Origin: Amoebophrya sp. A120
Taxonomy: Eukaryota; Protista; Dinoflagellata
Direction of reading: 5' to 3'
NCBI GenBank assembly: GCA_905178155.1
Contig: CAJINV010000004.1
Location: forward strand, 11,624,177 to 11,688,176
DNA: 64,000 nucleotides
The notes beneath the pieces are model-generated. The model was given only the letters and a program-made list of their open reading frames with translations, was not told where the DNA came from and made no database searches. How positions within the stretch are numbered: the first letter of the stretch is position 1; every line of letters begins with the position of its first letter. Position numbers and translations under genes: made by a program. This document shows, piece by piece, positions 33,860 to 45,161 of this stretch.

Positions 33860-35065
33860 TCATCCCCACGAAATAGCCAAAACGTAATTTTGTTCCTTCG
33901 CTATGTTCCTGCTGCCGGTTGTTGGGCTCGCATCCCGCTCGCCCCGTCGCGTTCGTGGATTTGCACTATCTTCGTCCTCAATCTTCGCCTCGTAACCCAT
34001 CTGGAGAAGCTGGTGAACCACATCCTGGAAAAAGACGTCCTTGCGGGAGCATTGTTGTGCTAACAATGCCTGCTGTTCTTGCGGAACAGGAGTTGTCGTG
34101 TGTTGTACAACCAACAGTGCCTGCTGCTCGTCGTAGTTGAGACTCCGCTTCAACTGAATCCGGCTTCCTTTCGCCCCGGATTGCGCCCGAGTGGAGATTT
34201 GCGATGCCGCTTCCCCGATCACTTTCTGAACCGCAGACCGGTGCATTTGCGCGTACCACTTCCAGGCAAGTCGCTGTGCCTGCAGCGCGCTGGGCATCCG
34301 GGGGTCGACGCTGGTGGAGGTTTTGTCGGGCGGGCCGACAAAGGAAATGATAATGTCTCGCAATTCATTCGGAAGGAAGAGATCGGGAACAGGTTGGTCG
34401 TCGGTTCCTTTTTCCTGCACGTCTTCGGTCCCCGTTTTGGTGGGAAGCGGCTCTCTCTTTTCGTCAGAAACAATCGTGGCCACAGCTGTGGACGCCGCGC
34501 CGTTGCCGCTAGTAGAATAGGTACTACCACACGAGGACGACCCGCCGCGCTCCAGATCTTCACCGGCACACAGATTCCCTGCTTCGCTCGCCTCGGTAGA
34601 ACAAGTGACGGCGCTTTCTTCTTCCGCATCTTCCGCCTTCCCACCGACGATGAAGGAGTCCACTGTATGCAGCACAACCGTGCTACTGACGCTGGTGTCG
34701 CTATCAACGGTGGCACCGTCCGGCTTCTCGCTTGTTTCCTTCTTCGCAGAAGTGAAAGTCCACTGCCGTTTCACCGCCAGACACCAGGAGCTGAGGGCAA
34801 GGCCGACCAAGGTGTGATCCACAGTTTTGAACAATTTTTCGTAGTCCTGCTCCGTCCACAGAGCATGCATCCCCACGCTGCCTTCCATCGCAGCCGCCAC
34901 TTTTCGTGCCCACACAGCATACGGCAACTCGTGTTCATTCCGCAGAAGCGCACTGGAGACGTAGTTTAAGCAGAACGGGAGTTGCTGCTTCAGCTTCGAG
35001 CGGTCCGGTGCAGGAAATCGCCGCTTTTCCTGGCGCAACAGATCAGGCGCCGGACGAGGTTGCAT
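33860..35065 (-). CDS. Hypothetical protein (~400 aa), intronless
   Basis: Uninterrupted ORF, first ATG at 35065. LPNELRDIIISFV is weakly F-box-like; otherwise no recognisable domain. Confidence 0.65.
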   Translation of the reverse strand: MQPRPAPDLLRQEKRRFPAPDRSKLKQQLPFCLNYVSSALLRNEHELPYAVWARKVAAAMEGSVGMHALWTEQDYEKLFKTVDHTLVGLALSSWCLAVKRQWTFTSAKKETSEKPDGATVDSDTSVSSTVVLHTVDSFIVGGKAEDAEEESAVTCSTEASEAGNLCAGEDLERGGSSSCGSTYSTSGNGAASTAVATIVSDEKREPLPTKTGTEDVQEKGTDDQPVPDLFLPNELRDIIISFVGPPDKTSTSVDPRMPSALQAQRLAWKWYAQMHRSAVQKVIGEAASQISTRAQSGAKGSRIQLKRSLNYDEQQALLVVQHTTTPVPQEQQALLAQQCSRKDVFFQDVVHQLLQMGYEAKIEDEDSANPRTRRGERDASPTTGSRNIAKEQNYVLAISWG

Positions 35066-35446
35066 GTTTTCTGATCTGTGTTCTACTTTGAATAGAGCCA
35101 CCTGGCGTTGGAAGTTTACTTGCGAGACTTGATGATCAATTTACCACTTGCGGCGCTAGTGCATGTAGATGTACACACAGATTCAAGTAGTTCGTTGCCA
35201 GAACCAACGTCGATAACTGTTCGTGGATGACCTTAGTGTGAGGAAGTTATCACTGATCACATTCGAGAACACTTTACTTATTACGATGTAGGGCTATCGA
35301 CATGGATCTGTGTCTGCTCCAACTTCAAAATCATAGTGGAGTGAGTGCTGTGACTGGAGCGCAACAGACCCAGGAAATAGCAATGTGCAGCTTGATCGCC
35401 CTTGGAATGGGCAGACGGAACCGGCCTCAGAGGAGGTCTTCTTCAT

Positions 35447-37840
35447 TTATAATTCGTTTCTCTGCTCAAAAATCCGCTTTGCCACGATCTCTTCTGCCCA
35501 CAGAGCGCTGTCATCCTGCACCAACACATCGCTTTCGTCGAGCGGATTCCGGAGAGAAAAAGCGTGTCCGTAGTGGTTTGCGCGGACAAAGGTTTGAGGC
35601 GTCTCGTCCAGAACGCGTGCCGGAAAAAACAAGTTATTCCCTCTTGGATAGTGCGCTGCGACCAATTCCGAAACCGCTTCCGGCCGGAGAATGGGACTCC
35701 CGAACCGGTTCAAGAAGCTGTTGGCGAACTGCGCACTTCCCCAGCCTTTGGGCTGCAACAAGGGCTTGTCTGCGCGGTTGGTGTAGCGGCCGAGCAAGGT
35801 GGGGCTTTGCCGCGTCTGGTTCACGAAGTACACCTGGCTGACGTCGCAGATGTCGATTTTTTGCTGCCGCAGGGGTTGGAGCACCTCCTCAACGTGCCGC
35901 AAGCCGTTCGAATTAGACAAGTACTCATCCGGCGAGTGGAGCATCAGAACGAATTCCGACAGGCCCCGATTCGCGAACACGCAGTGGGCCGCGGCGGCCG
36001 CGTCGGGGGCTGCGTGGGAGGGCAGTCCGGGTTTGTTCTGCTGCTGGACGACATGATGGCTGGGGGAGAGGAACCGGTCGCTGAAATTGTCAAAGTAGGT
36101 GATCCCGATTCCGTTTTGCGGGTCTTGTCGCATTTTTTCCACGAAGTCCCACAGAGAACCGTCTCGATCGTAGAGGTAGAAGTGCTTTATCCCGATCGCT
36201 TCGTGGTACGCAAACCACTGCTGCATCAGCTCCGTGGCGTGCGGGGTGTCCAAACCATATAGCACCTGGGAACAAACTGTCAGAGTGCGCGGGTAGTAGG
36301 CGTGGTGGTCTCCGCGGGTGGGGTAATTGTTCTCATATGCCGGCCCGGTCGTGGGAAAGGTCGCATGATTCAGATCTCCTGCTATTCTTGACGAGACTGC
36401 GGTATTTTTGAGTTGTGTGACGAGTGGAACTGCAACGATCCAGTCACTGCCCATGCTTCTGGTTCGAATGCGCACGCTTTTGAACAATGCGGTCGCGCTC
36501 GTATCGAAAGAGGTAGCCTCTTTCATCGGTAGCGGCAACAGCCCACACGCCAACGTCACGACCGCGCTACTGTAGCTGACGACGGCAGCTTTGACCCTGG
36601 AAGAGGTGTTCGCAGCTTCATCCAAGACCTCACAAGCCCATTCGCTGAAATAGGAGGCGGGTATGGAGGAGAAGGTCCGCTGGCCGTCGACCAAAACACA
36701 AGTCGACGTCGCTGGATCAGCGGCAAGAAAGATAGCGACTTCTAGCTGTCCCGATTCGTAAAGAGTTGCACCAAGCAGAGAGAGGACAAAGTTCTGTTCC
36801 CCGTGTTGCGTTTGCAGAATTGTGCTCAGACTGGTGCCTGATGTTGTACCTCCCGTGGTAATATCCAATGTCGCAACGACTTTTGGGTATTGTCTTTTTT
36901 TGCTTTCATTTACTTCATCACCCTCGACGAGCAAATCCCTGACCTGCAACGCTTCTGGAAAGCCACACTGGTATTGCGCCGATCCCGCCGCTTTCTCGTT
37001 TCCTTCGGCCAGCAGCTGCAGAGAAGACAAACACTGGTCGTCTTGTTTCAACACTTTCGCGATCAAGGTGATGGAGTACAAACTTCCGTAACTGCCGAAT
37101 ACCAGGTGGTCGGGTGCGAAGAACGTGCCTTTTGTTGGCGCAAGGGCTTGTTGATGATGATGTTTGTCCGAACTGAATTGTTCATCTTCGGTAGCAACAG
37201 CAGCCGCTCCAGCCTGCTGCTTAACGCCACCACTGAGAAAGTTCTCCTCCTCTGCGTCGGTGTTTGTTCTTGAAGATACGATTGGAGGAGTGGTACTGGT
37301 ACCTCCATCATGCCTTGTCGGCTCTATCCCCGACTCTGCGAACGCAACCCGGACACTCGGGACGGCGGCGATCTGTGCGAAGCCAGGAGTGCGGATCAGG
37401 CGCTGCAACTGGTGCCAGAAGTGGGATACTGCTGTAGTGTTGAGGGTCTGTCCGTCTACTTCTACTGGAACCGACTCGCTTTGCTCATCGTTTTCGTAAC
37501 CTATTCTTGTCGGCACGGATTTGCGATGCACCGCTTCGCAAACACTTTCTGCCGTTCGGTCGAGATATCTCCGTTGCGCCGCCCAGAACAAACCCATCAA
37601 CCGGAACTCTTTTCCGTTGGAAAATCTTGGCTGGTTGCAGCCGATGCTGTCGCAGTAGTGCTGGGCCGCGGAAGAGGAATCCTGTTCGTCGTGGTTTGCG
37701 ACCTTGCTAGAAGCATCTGTGTCCCCGGAGGTCGTCGTTGTTGCAAGAGTCGCGGCGGCCAAAATCACGGAGCAGACAACGACGAAGCGTTGGACGCTCG
37801 CAGTGAAGGAGATAGTAGCAGTTGTAGTCATCTTCTGCAT
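35447..37840 (-). CDS. Glycosyltransferase family 92 (DUF23)-like protein, 797 aa, intronless
   Basis: N-terminal signal/anchor. LTVCSQVLYG...QWFAYHEAIGIKHFYLYD...HCV...LHSPDEYL matches the GT92/DUF23 pattern. Confidence 0.75.
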   Translation of the reverse strand: MQKMTTTATISFTASVQRFVVVCSVILAAATLATTTTSGDTDASSKVANHDEQDSSSAAQHYCDSIGCNQPRFSNGKEFRLMGLFWAAQRRYLDRTAESVCEAVHRKSVPTRIGYENDEQSESVPVEVDGQTLNTTAVSHFWHQLQRLIRTPGFAQIAAVPSVRVAFAESGIEPTRHDGGTSTTPPIVSSRTNTDAEEENFLSGGVKQQAGAAAVATEDEQFSSDKHHHQQALAPTKGTFFAPDHLVFGSYGSLYSITLIAKVLKQDDQCLSSLQLLAEGNEKAAGSAQYQCGFPEALQVRDLLVEGDEVNESKKRQYPKVVATLDITTGGTTSGTSLSTILQTQHGEQNFVLSLLGATLYESGQLEVAIFLAADPATSTCVLVDGQRTFSSIPASYFSEWACEVLDEAANTSSRVKAAVVSYSSAVVTLACGLLPLPMKEATSFDTSATALFKSVRIRTRSMGSDWIVAVPLVTQLKNTAVSSRIAGDLNHATFPTTGPAYENNYPTRGDHHAYYPRTLTVCSQVLYGLDTPHATELMQQWFAYHEAIGIKHFYLYDRDGSLWDFVEKMRQDPQNGIGITYFDNFSDRFLSPSHHVVQQQNKPGLPSHAAPDAAAAAHCVFANRGLSEFVLMLHSPDEYLSNSNGLRHVEEVLQPLRQQKIDICDVSQVYFVNQTRQSPTLLGRYTNRADKPLLQPKGWGSAQFANSFLNRFGSPILRPEAVSELVAAHYPRGNNLFFPARVLDETPQTFVRANHYGHAFSLRNPLDESDVLVQDDSALWAEEIVAKRIFEQRNEL

Positions 37841-38535
37841 TTTGATCTGCTAGCTATAACTACTTGGCGTGTGTTCTTTTCATCCTGGAGCGCACGACTG
37901 GGTGCAATGCTCTCTGTCACTCAGGTAATCCAGATCTTTTTTTCTTTTTGGAAGAGATCAGTCAGCATGGTCTTGATGATCATTAGTGGATTGTAGGGAA
38001 ACTACACGACAAGCTGTGCAAGGCAAAGAGACCGCGTTGCACATACGAAGATCATCTCCGTCCAGAAGGCGCCACATAGATAGGCTGCAACTTCTACTTC
38101 CAGTTTGCTTTTATCGTTGAAGCTACTCAAAACAGTGGTGTACAGTTTCAAATGTTTGTTCCAAAGAAAGCGCTTGCGCTTATTGTACATGAAAATTCAT
38201 CGTTTGCATTAACATGGAAAGGAAACCAGTAGTAAAATACGACTCTCGCAAGTCCAATCATAATGTAAAATACAGTGCGTTGATGTGTGTGTGAAATTCT
38301 TCCTACCTAAAAAAGATATGCAAAACAATATACTGGTCTGAAAAAAGCACAAAAAAAGTAACTCGTTGACAAAAAAGTGTAAGGAAATGCTTCAACTTTT
38401 TTTGCAAGAACAACGTTGAAATTCATATATCTTCTTGTTTGTTTCTTACCTAGCTGCTCCGCATGTAAGTACTTACAAAATGTGTACTTAGTTGACCAAA
38501 AAAGCGCGTCACAAGTAGGAGCGGACTTCCTTTTT

Positions 38536-39341
38536 TTACTTTATCGTCCGCCGCATCGGTGGATCTTCCATCCGCTCCACATACGCGTTCTTGACCATCC
38601 AGAGCGAGTTGCTGGCCTGCGCCAGTGTACCCGGTGGCGGGTCGGAGGAGGTCCGGGCACGGTAACCCATGAAATAATGCTCGGGTTGCAGCGAGCCGTG
38701 CACTTTTTGGACCTACAGAGTTTCGATTTTTTTTTTGGGCGCGAGCGAGAAAGTTACTCAGAGGCAGATACATTGGTGGTCGAGGACATGCGTTTTACTT
38801 AGTTAGGACCACAATGTGCTAGCACTTCGTATAGCAAAAGTACGAAAAAAAAATAACGTATAGCAAAAGTACGTTCTTTCCCAGTGGCCAGTAGCGAGAG
38901 GCACACTCGTCCTTATGGAAGACATTTCGCTCCTTTTCGTCCTCCTTCTGCAGTGATTGCCACCACGTACCGTAGGAGCCTTTTCGAGTTGGAAGTATCT
39001 TCATGTCTTGGAAGATGCAACTCCATCATCAAATTGAAATTATGGTCGACGTCAGAACATTTATCAAAGTTTCGGAACTTCTGCGTAACACAGGCGAGAA
39101 AACAAAATAAAGTAAAAAACTAAATACGCCATGGTCCTTTATGTCCGGGTCGAGTGTGTTGCGGCATTTGCATTTCCGTCATTGGTGTAAACGTTCCGAC
39201 ATGGTGAAAGACCTGTCCCAGGGGCGTGACGCTCTTGTGGAGGCCGATTCGGTAGTCGAAAACTTTTCCGTCGTGTGTTGCCTTCGCCGCGGTGAGATCT
39301 TTCAGGTCCGCCATGGACCGGGAGCCGGACGTTTGGAGCAT
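38536..39341 (-). CDS. Small hypothetical protein (~174 aa) with two canonical GT-AG introns (39007-39127, 38713-38872)
   Basis: GTATTT...CCAAG and GTACTT...TGTAG introns join three ORF pieces in frame (…GPWH-MKIL…GKN-VQKV…); 525 nt total. Confidence 0.6.
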
Positions 39342-40365
39342 GATTTTTTTCTGAAGATTTCAACGTTGGTTCCTGTACTTCTTTTCCAATCTATTCGTAT
39401 TCTTCCCTCCCAATGTGGACAAAAAAATTTCTGTTCTGCTGACGGACGCCACTTGGTGATGGTGATGTCAAATCGAATTTGCAAGTCATGCGCTTACAAG
39501 GAACAAGTACGAACAAGAGATTGGTTGCAAGAACGACAAGAATGCCGACAACGATAAAAACCCCAGACTGAACCGGATCGACGAGATCCATACCTCCAAC
39601 TGCTCCACTGATGACCCTGCCCAGGTACAAATAAAAATCAGCGAATCGCAATTACTTGAAGAAAAAAAACGACACCGAAAAAAAACAGATTGAGTTTTTC
39701 ACGGTACAGAGAGGACGCGAACAGTTACCGATGGATCAGGATCACGTGTTTTGCCCTTCACGATATTTATTGCAAAATTTTGCCGCTCCTTCTACGAAAA
39801 AACTTACGAACGATACGAAGGTTCCGATGTGTGCCTGCTTTTTTTCAGAGTAGGTACAGAGGAACATCACACGAGACGGCAGGCTACGAGAGGAAGCGAG
39901 CTGTGTTGTAGTGTAAGTGTTGTACAAACTTCTATAGAAGCTCTGTTAATTTTCAACGAGCAGAAATGAGTGAACCTCAGTCAAGAACGGAGGTCGCACA
40001 AATAAAGGAGACAGTTGCGAATCGAGGAGGCAAAGAAGGTTCAAATTGCGCCAAATAAACTGCGGGATCGTACCACAGATAGTTCGAGAAACAGCACATC
40101 TCCTGTGAGATGGATTCTAATTTCTTCGGGCCAAAACGGGGTAGTAAGCAGTTCCGGGGTTTTTTTACTCATGCTATTGTACAAGAAAAAATAGGAGTTC
40201 AAAAAATTTAGCTGCGCGGGAGGTAGATCTGGATTTTCATGACAGGGGTGACGCTAAAGAGTACAGCGTCGAAAAAAATTTCTTGCGAAGGGTATCTATT
40301 GGCTGCGAAAACTACGAGTGAATGATAACGACGAGCAAAAAGTTGTATCTACGGTTTTAGCTTCC

Positions 40366-43300
40366 TCAATACGAGCTGTACTGCCTTTCTCGATCGCGTT
40401 GTTTCCTTATCTCCGGCTGGACCAACAGCCTATGGTAAGTCCCCAGCAGTATCAAAACCGCACACAGAATCGCGGTGATGATTCCCCAGGCGGTTTCGTT
40501 GTTCTGAATCTTCAAGGCCGCGAAAACGACAAATTGGAAGCCGGACAAAAAGATGAAGACCCGCCGGAAATATTTTATCCTCCTCGGGTTCAACAAGATT
40601 GCCCCCGTGGGCGCGCCGAAGACGACGATGGGCACGGTGACGCTCCAGCACTTCCTATCCTGAAAAAAAACGTCCCCACCCCAGAATGTCATGCAGATTT
40701 GCAATGACAAGGAAATTTGTGATGCGCATACCCATAGTAGACATTTCCAATCGTGTTTTAGAATTTGTGATGCTGTGAACAGGACAAGCAGATGAATCTG
40801 TGATCCGGCTGCACTTGCTAACCTGCACTACACTGCGGAGTGCAACTTGTCATGCGTGACTCCCAAAACTCCTAGCTTTGTGTTGCAAAATCCCCATCCT
40901 GACTCTGGTGTGGGGACGTTTTTGCTCAGGATACTTCCAAACCCGGTCCGACGGGCCGCCGTTGTACAGCACTAAGAAGGAAACGAGCCAGGAAGACACC
41001 GCCTGGGAAACGACGGAACAGAGGGTGATCGTGGTAATGTCCAGCTGCTCTTTCGTCCCCGATAAGGGGTTCCAGACGAACACACACGCCATAAAAACCC
41101 CGACCACCATCGCGCCGCCACCTATGTGCGCGGATAACACGCCGCCGAAAACCGCGAAAAGCATCATGAGCAGGTACTTCAACTCGTAAACCCCCTGTCT
41201 TTCCGACAAGGGCGCGCGGGGGGTCAACGTGCCGGTGGAGATCCGGTCGGAAAGACGGTCTATCTCAAGCGATTTGTCGAGGTCCAGGGTGAAAACGCCG
41301 GTGAGCAGCTTTTTTTTCACGGGTATGAATTGCAAAAATGTCTGGGCCTGGAAGATTCCAACTTGTCATGGTAAATCTGAAGCAAGCGAAAATCTGTGTT
41401 GCATGAGTGCCAAGAACTGTACATTTTTGACCAAGTTGTAGTAGTAGTAGTAGTAGTAGTACCATTTAACTCCTGGCGGGTGGGCGTTAGACAGATTTAG
41501 CCTCTGCCAATACCTGGGCGTTAGAACAGATTTAGCCTCTGCCGATACCCCTAGGTGGAGACGCGGTCCACTTCCTAACTACCACCCGGCTGCACCTGCA
41601 AAACCGCTATCGATTGCTTACGCATGGCTACAGCCAGTGGGCGCTATGTGTGGCTGACCTGCCTTACCATCCAAGCCCGCGAGCAAGGTGGAGTTCCAGT
41701 ATTGCCTTGATGGGTTAGTCTTACAAACTTGCTCGAAGAACTACGTGCGTGGCCGGTTGCGCGCTAAAAAGTATACAGGGGGTCTAATGATCAGACACGG
41801 TGATCCTATCACGATGGCGGACGACCCAGCGGCGTGTCCTTTTCAGACACGTTTTACCGATCTGCTTCCCGCGCCCTTTTATATGCGTTTCCATAGAAAC
41901 GGCCCGCGGAGCTCCGCATTCGCAGAGCCGCCATCGCGCCCGCCCCGGGGGGACCCCTTGGGGAAGGGGGGTGCTGCATTAGCGCAGTCTTTTAAATTAG
42001 CAACCCTGGCACCACTTCTGTTATATAGTTTCTCTTTCTTCTCTTTCTTTTTCTTTTTGTTTCCTAGCGCGTCAGTGCATGCGGTTCGCCGGTGCAAGGA
42101 GAGGAAAAGCAGCGCCGTGCCTTTACGGCTGGCGGGAACGAAATGATTACAAGTGCATGAGTGCCAAGAACTGTACATTTTTGACCAAGTTGGAGGGGAG
42201 TTTCTCATGCAGGATAGGCATGGCAGAGACCTCGCAGAGTCTGTCATGCTAAGTCCCGCATTCCAGACCTCATGGGTCATGGAAAATCTGCATGACAAGT
42301 CTACACTTTTCCAGACCCAGACATTTTTACATTTGATAACGGGGACTATGGGAACTTGCACTTGATCGCCGAGTTCATCGACGGACTCGGTTTCCTGTGC
42401 ATTTTGGTTTTGATGGTTTTCATCCTCGTCCTTTGCCGCGGAGCTAGTACCTCCGGAATTTGCTGCTGCGCTGTTGTCGTCAGCAATGATGTGGACCTCT
42501 TTTTTGACTTTCTGTTTCTGGTCTGTTCCTCCTGGTGCGACGGCGGGGTCAACATTTTCACTTTCTCTACCGGGACCAGATGGTTGTGGTGGTGGTGGTG
42601 GTTCTCCTGGATATTCTACTCTGACAACTTCCTGTTTCGGTTGCTCTCTGAGGTTAAACGGGTCCATGATTTGCAGATGTATTTGCTGCTCCACGGCCAC
42701 GGCATTTGCCGCCGCCAGAGCCGCGGCCTCTGCGTCTCTTCCTGAATTGCTGCCGTCGCGGAGGGTGTCTTGGAAGGTCGGGGATCCGAGAATTTGCGGC
42801 AGGTTCTTCATCTTCTCTACCTTTTCTCTCTCCCGCTTCAGTTTGGAATTGGACGCATCGTTGTTGTTCTTGTTACCGCTTCCTGTACCGGAAGAGGAAG
42901 ACACGTTTTCCGCCGGCGTTCCGGCACCACATGACTGTAGTTTTGCTCGTGGTTCTCCTTTACTATCTTTTGACGCGGTCTCCGCATTGGTGCCGTCGTT
43001 ATTCGCTCCACCGGACGTCGCGTTTTTTCCCCCCGGAGCTGCTGGGTCGTCTTTTGGTACTACAACTCTTGGCGCCTGCAGCCAGGGAATGAGCTCGCAG
43101 AAGTAGAAGAAGATAATGGAGAAGCAGAGCAAATTTGTCGTGAAGGCGCAGTTCAGAGCGAAGCTGTCGATTGGTAGTGGGAACGAAATCGCCAGGGATA
43201 TGGTACCCACGACGCAGTTGATTAGCAGAACGTCTTGCCTTAAGAGGTGGCGTCGGCGAAGCAGAATCAGGTAGGTGGCGGCACCTGGGGAGGAGAGATC

Positions 43301-44289
43301 ATGAATTTTGAATAGTGCAAGAACCGATGTAGACGAGACCAATTGCGACTATCGCACTACGTACGTGCATGCGACATGATGAAGCACAATGGATACATAA
43401 GGTTAACAAGTCCAATCGAATAGTACCCATTCCCACGCTCTGTATGATCGCCGCAAAGTCCCTCCCCTCTATCGGATCGAACTCCAGCAACAAAACCCCG
43501 ACCGGGTACGCCGTGCTGCCGCCTCCGAGCGGCGTGCTTCCCGCGAAAAAGCTACCCGGTATCATGGCGAGCGACATGGGGTAGTACTTGGAGATCGTGT
43601 CCGTGAAGTAGTTATGCATTGCAAATATGTCTGGGTCTGGAAGGTCGCAACTTCTTGTGATGCGCATTTCACAACACAGGCAAATCTCTCATGCATAGGC
43701 AGCAAGAGATGTCCATTTTCTGTCACTACCGTGTGGGATTTGTCATGCGGATTATTAAGCAATGCGGAAGCTTTTCGAAGTCTGTGACGCGAGAGCTTCC
43801 ATGACAGACATTCTGTGTCATGCAAAAGCAGCATGACTCTTCCAGACCCAAGCATATGTGCACTCGATAGTAGTCGTCCTCGGCGGAGATCATGGCGTAA
43901 GCCCAGAGGGTATCAAATGCAAAAATGCCTGGGTCTGGAAACTTGTGATGCTGGGCGACGTATCATGAGGAGGCCACAAGTGCTGGCTCAGCATGACAAG
44001 TTTCTGAGCTTCTAGGTGTTGCCTATTCTGCATGACAAACTGCGTTTCTGCATGACAGAAAAATGGTTGGACCTCTTGGGTAGCGTGCATGACAGATTTA
44101 ACAGTCATGCCAGACACGCATGACAAACATGCATTCTTCCAGACCCAGACATATTTGCAATCCATAGAGGGTTAAGACGATCATCGCCGGCATGAACGTG
44201 ACTAGATACCAGAAAATCGAGTCCGCCCTCGACCGACTGATAAACGTCGGCCCGGCGCCCGTCACGCCCGGCTCCCAGGAAGAACTCAT
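40366..44289 (-). CDS. TauE/SafE (sulfite exporter)-like multi-pass membrane protein; 4 introner introns plus 1 canonical intron (43285-43426)
   Basis: GSFFAGSTPLGGGSTAYPV...GRDFAAIIQSVGMGAA and VPIVVFGAPTGA motifs, many TM segments; all junctions in frame. Confidence 0.72.
40656..40933. mobile_element. Introner family C
   Basis: TIRs; DR cttcc. Confidence 0.9.
41324..42338. mobile_element. Introner family A (A4) carrying a 0.7-kb insert
   Basis: TIRs; DR acggg; body matches 27962-28215. Confidence 0.9.
41439..42153 (-). mobile_element. Non-coding retroposon-like insert with (CTA)n tail and 39-bp TSD
   Basis: 41400-41438 equals 42154-42192; (tag)7 at the left end; internal ~30-bp duplicate. 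Confidence 0.7.
43613..43869. mobile_element. Introner family A (A1)
   Basis: TIRs; DR gtagt. Confidence 0.9.
43911..44166. mobile_element. Introner family A (A2)
   Basis: TIRs; DR gaggg. Confidence 0.9.
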
Positions 44290-45161
44290 GGTGATCGATC
44301 TCCGCGGCCGGTCACACCAAAGTTCCAATGCAGTGTCCGCTTACAACATCTTCTTTTGTCTCTTGTACGTAGTAGCTTTGTGGTCCCGCGGTTTTGGAAC
44401 GACCAGGCCACCGCTTCCACCACCCGGGGCCCTGCCGCGGTTCGCGAGCGCGAGGAACATCATGCTACGACAATTAGAGTTTTTTTACAGGGGCGGTTTG
44501 CAACTTTCTCATAATCTTTATGGATCGATTAGTCTTTCTATCGTTCTGTGCGAACATAACCGAACAAAGTAGACGAGCACATTTTCTACAACAAGGGTAC
44601 ATAAAAAACTAGAATCTCTGAATGCGTATTTCTAAACAAGAGCGACAAGAAGTATGAGTCAAACCAATTAAGAAGAGGATGATGAAGTGTGGATGCTGTC
44701 GTGTTAGTTTCATTCATAATTCATTGGTTCTCCGTGCAAGAATCCGCAGTAAACCGCCTCGACTGAAACCGATTGAGTGCCAGGGCACAGAAGTAAACTT
44801 GTTCATCCGCTCGTCTCCTTCAGTTTCAACATACGGGCCAGAACCGTAGTCAGACCGATCAACCGAGTGCTGACATGCGCAGAGATCAACATCGAGACCG
44901 GAAGTAGACACTAGACTGCATTTCGACTCTGAAACCATGAGTATCATCCGACATGTGATTTCACAGATCGCGCCTGAACAGGGCAAAGACAGCCAGCTGA
45001 ATACAATGAGCATATCGATATTTGATGCGCGGGATCTCCGCTTATTTTAGTTGAAATGAGCAGTAACGGTAATTATATGGTGATGCGTTCAGCAGAGAAG
45101 TTGGGCGCAGGCCCAGGCACAGCACTTATGATGTGGAATGCAATGAGTTTCATTTTCATGA

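Noticed and set aside
38828-38873. 17-bp direct repeat cgtatagcaaaagtacg duplicating a splice donor
   Set aside because: A small local duplication; no evidence of function without RNA data.
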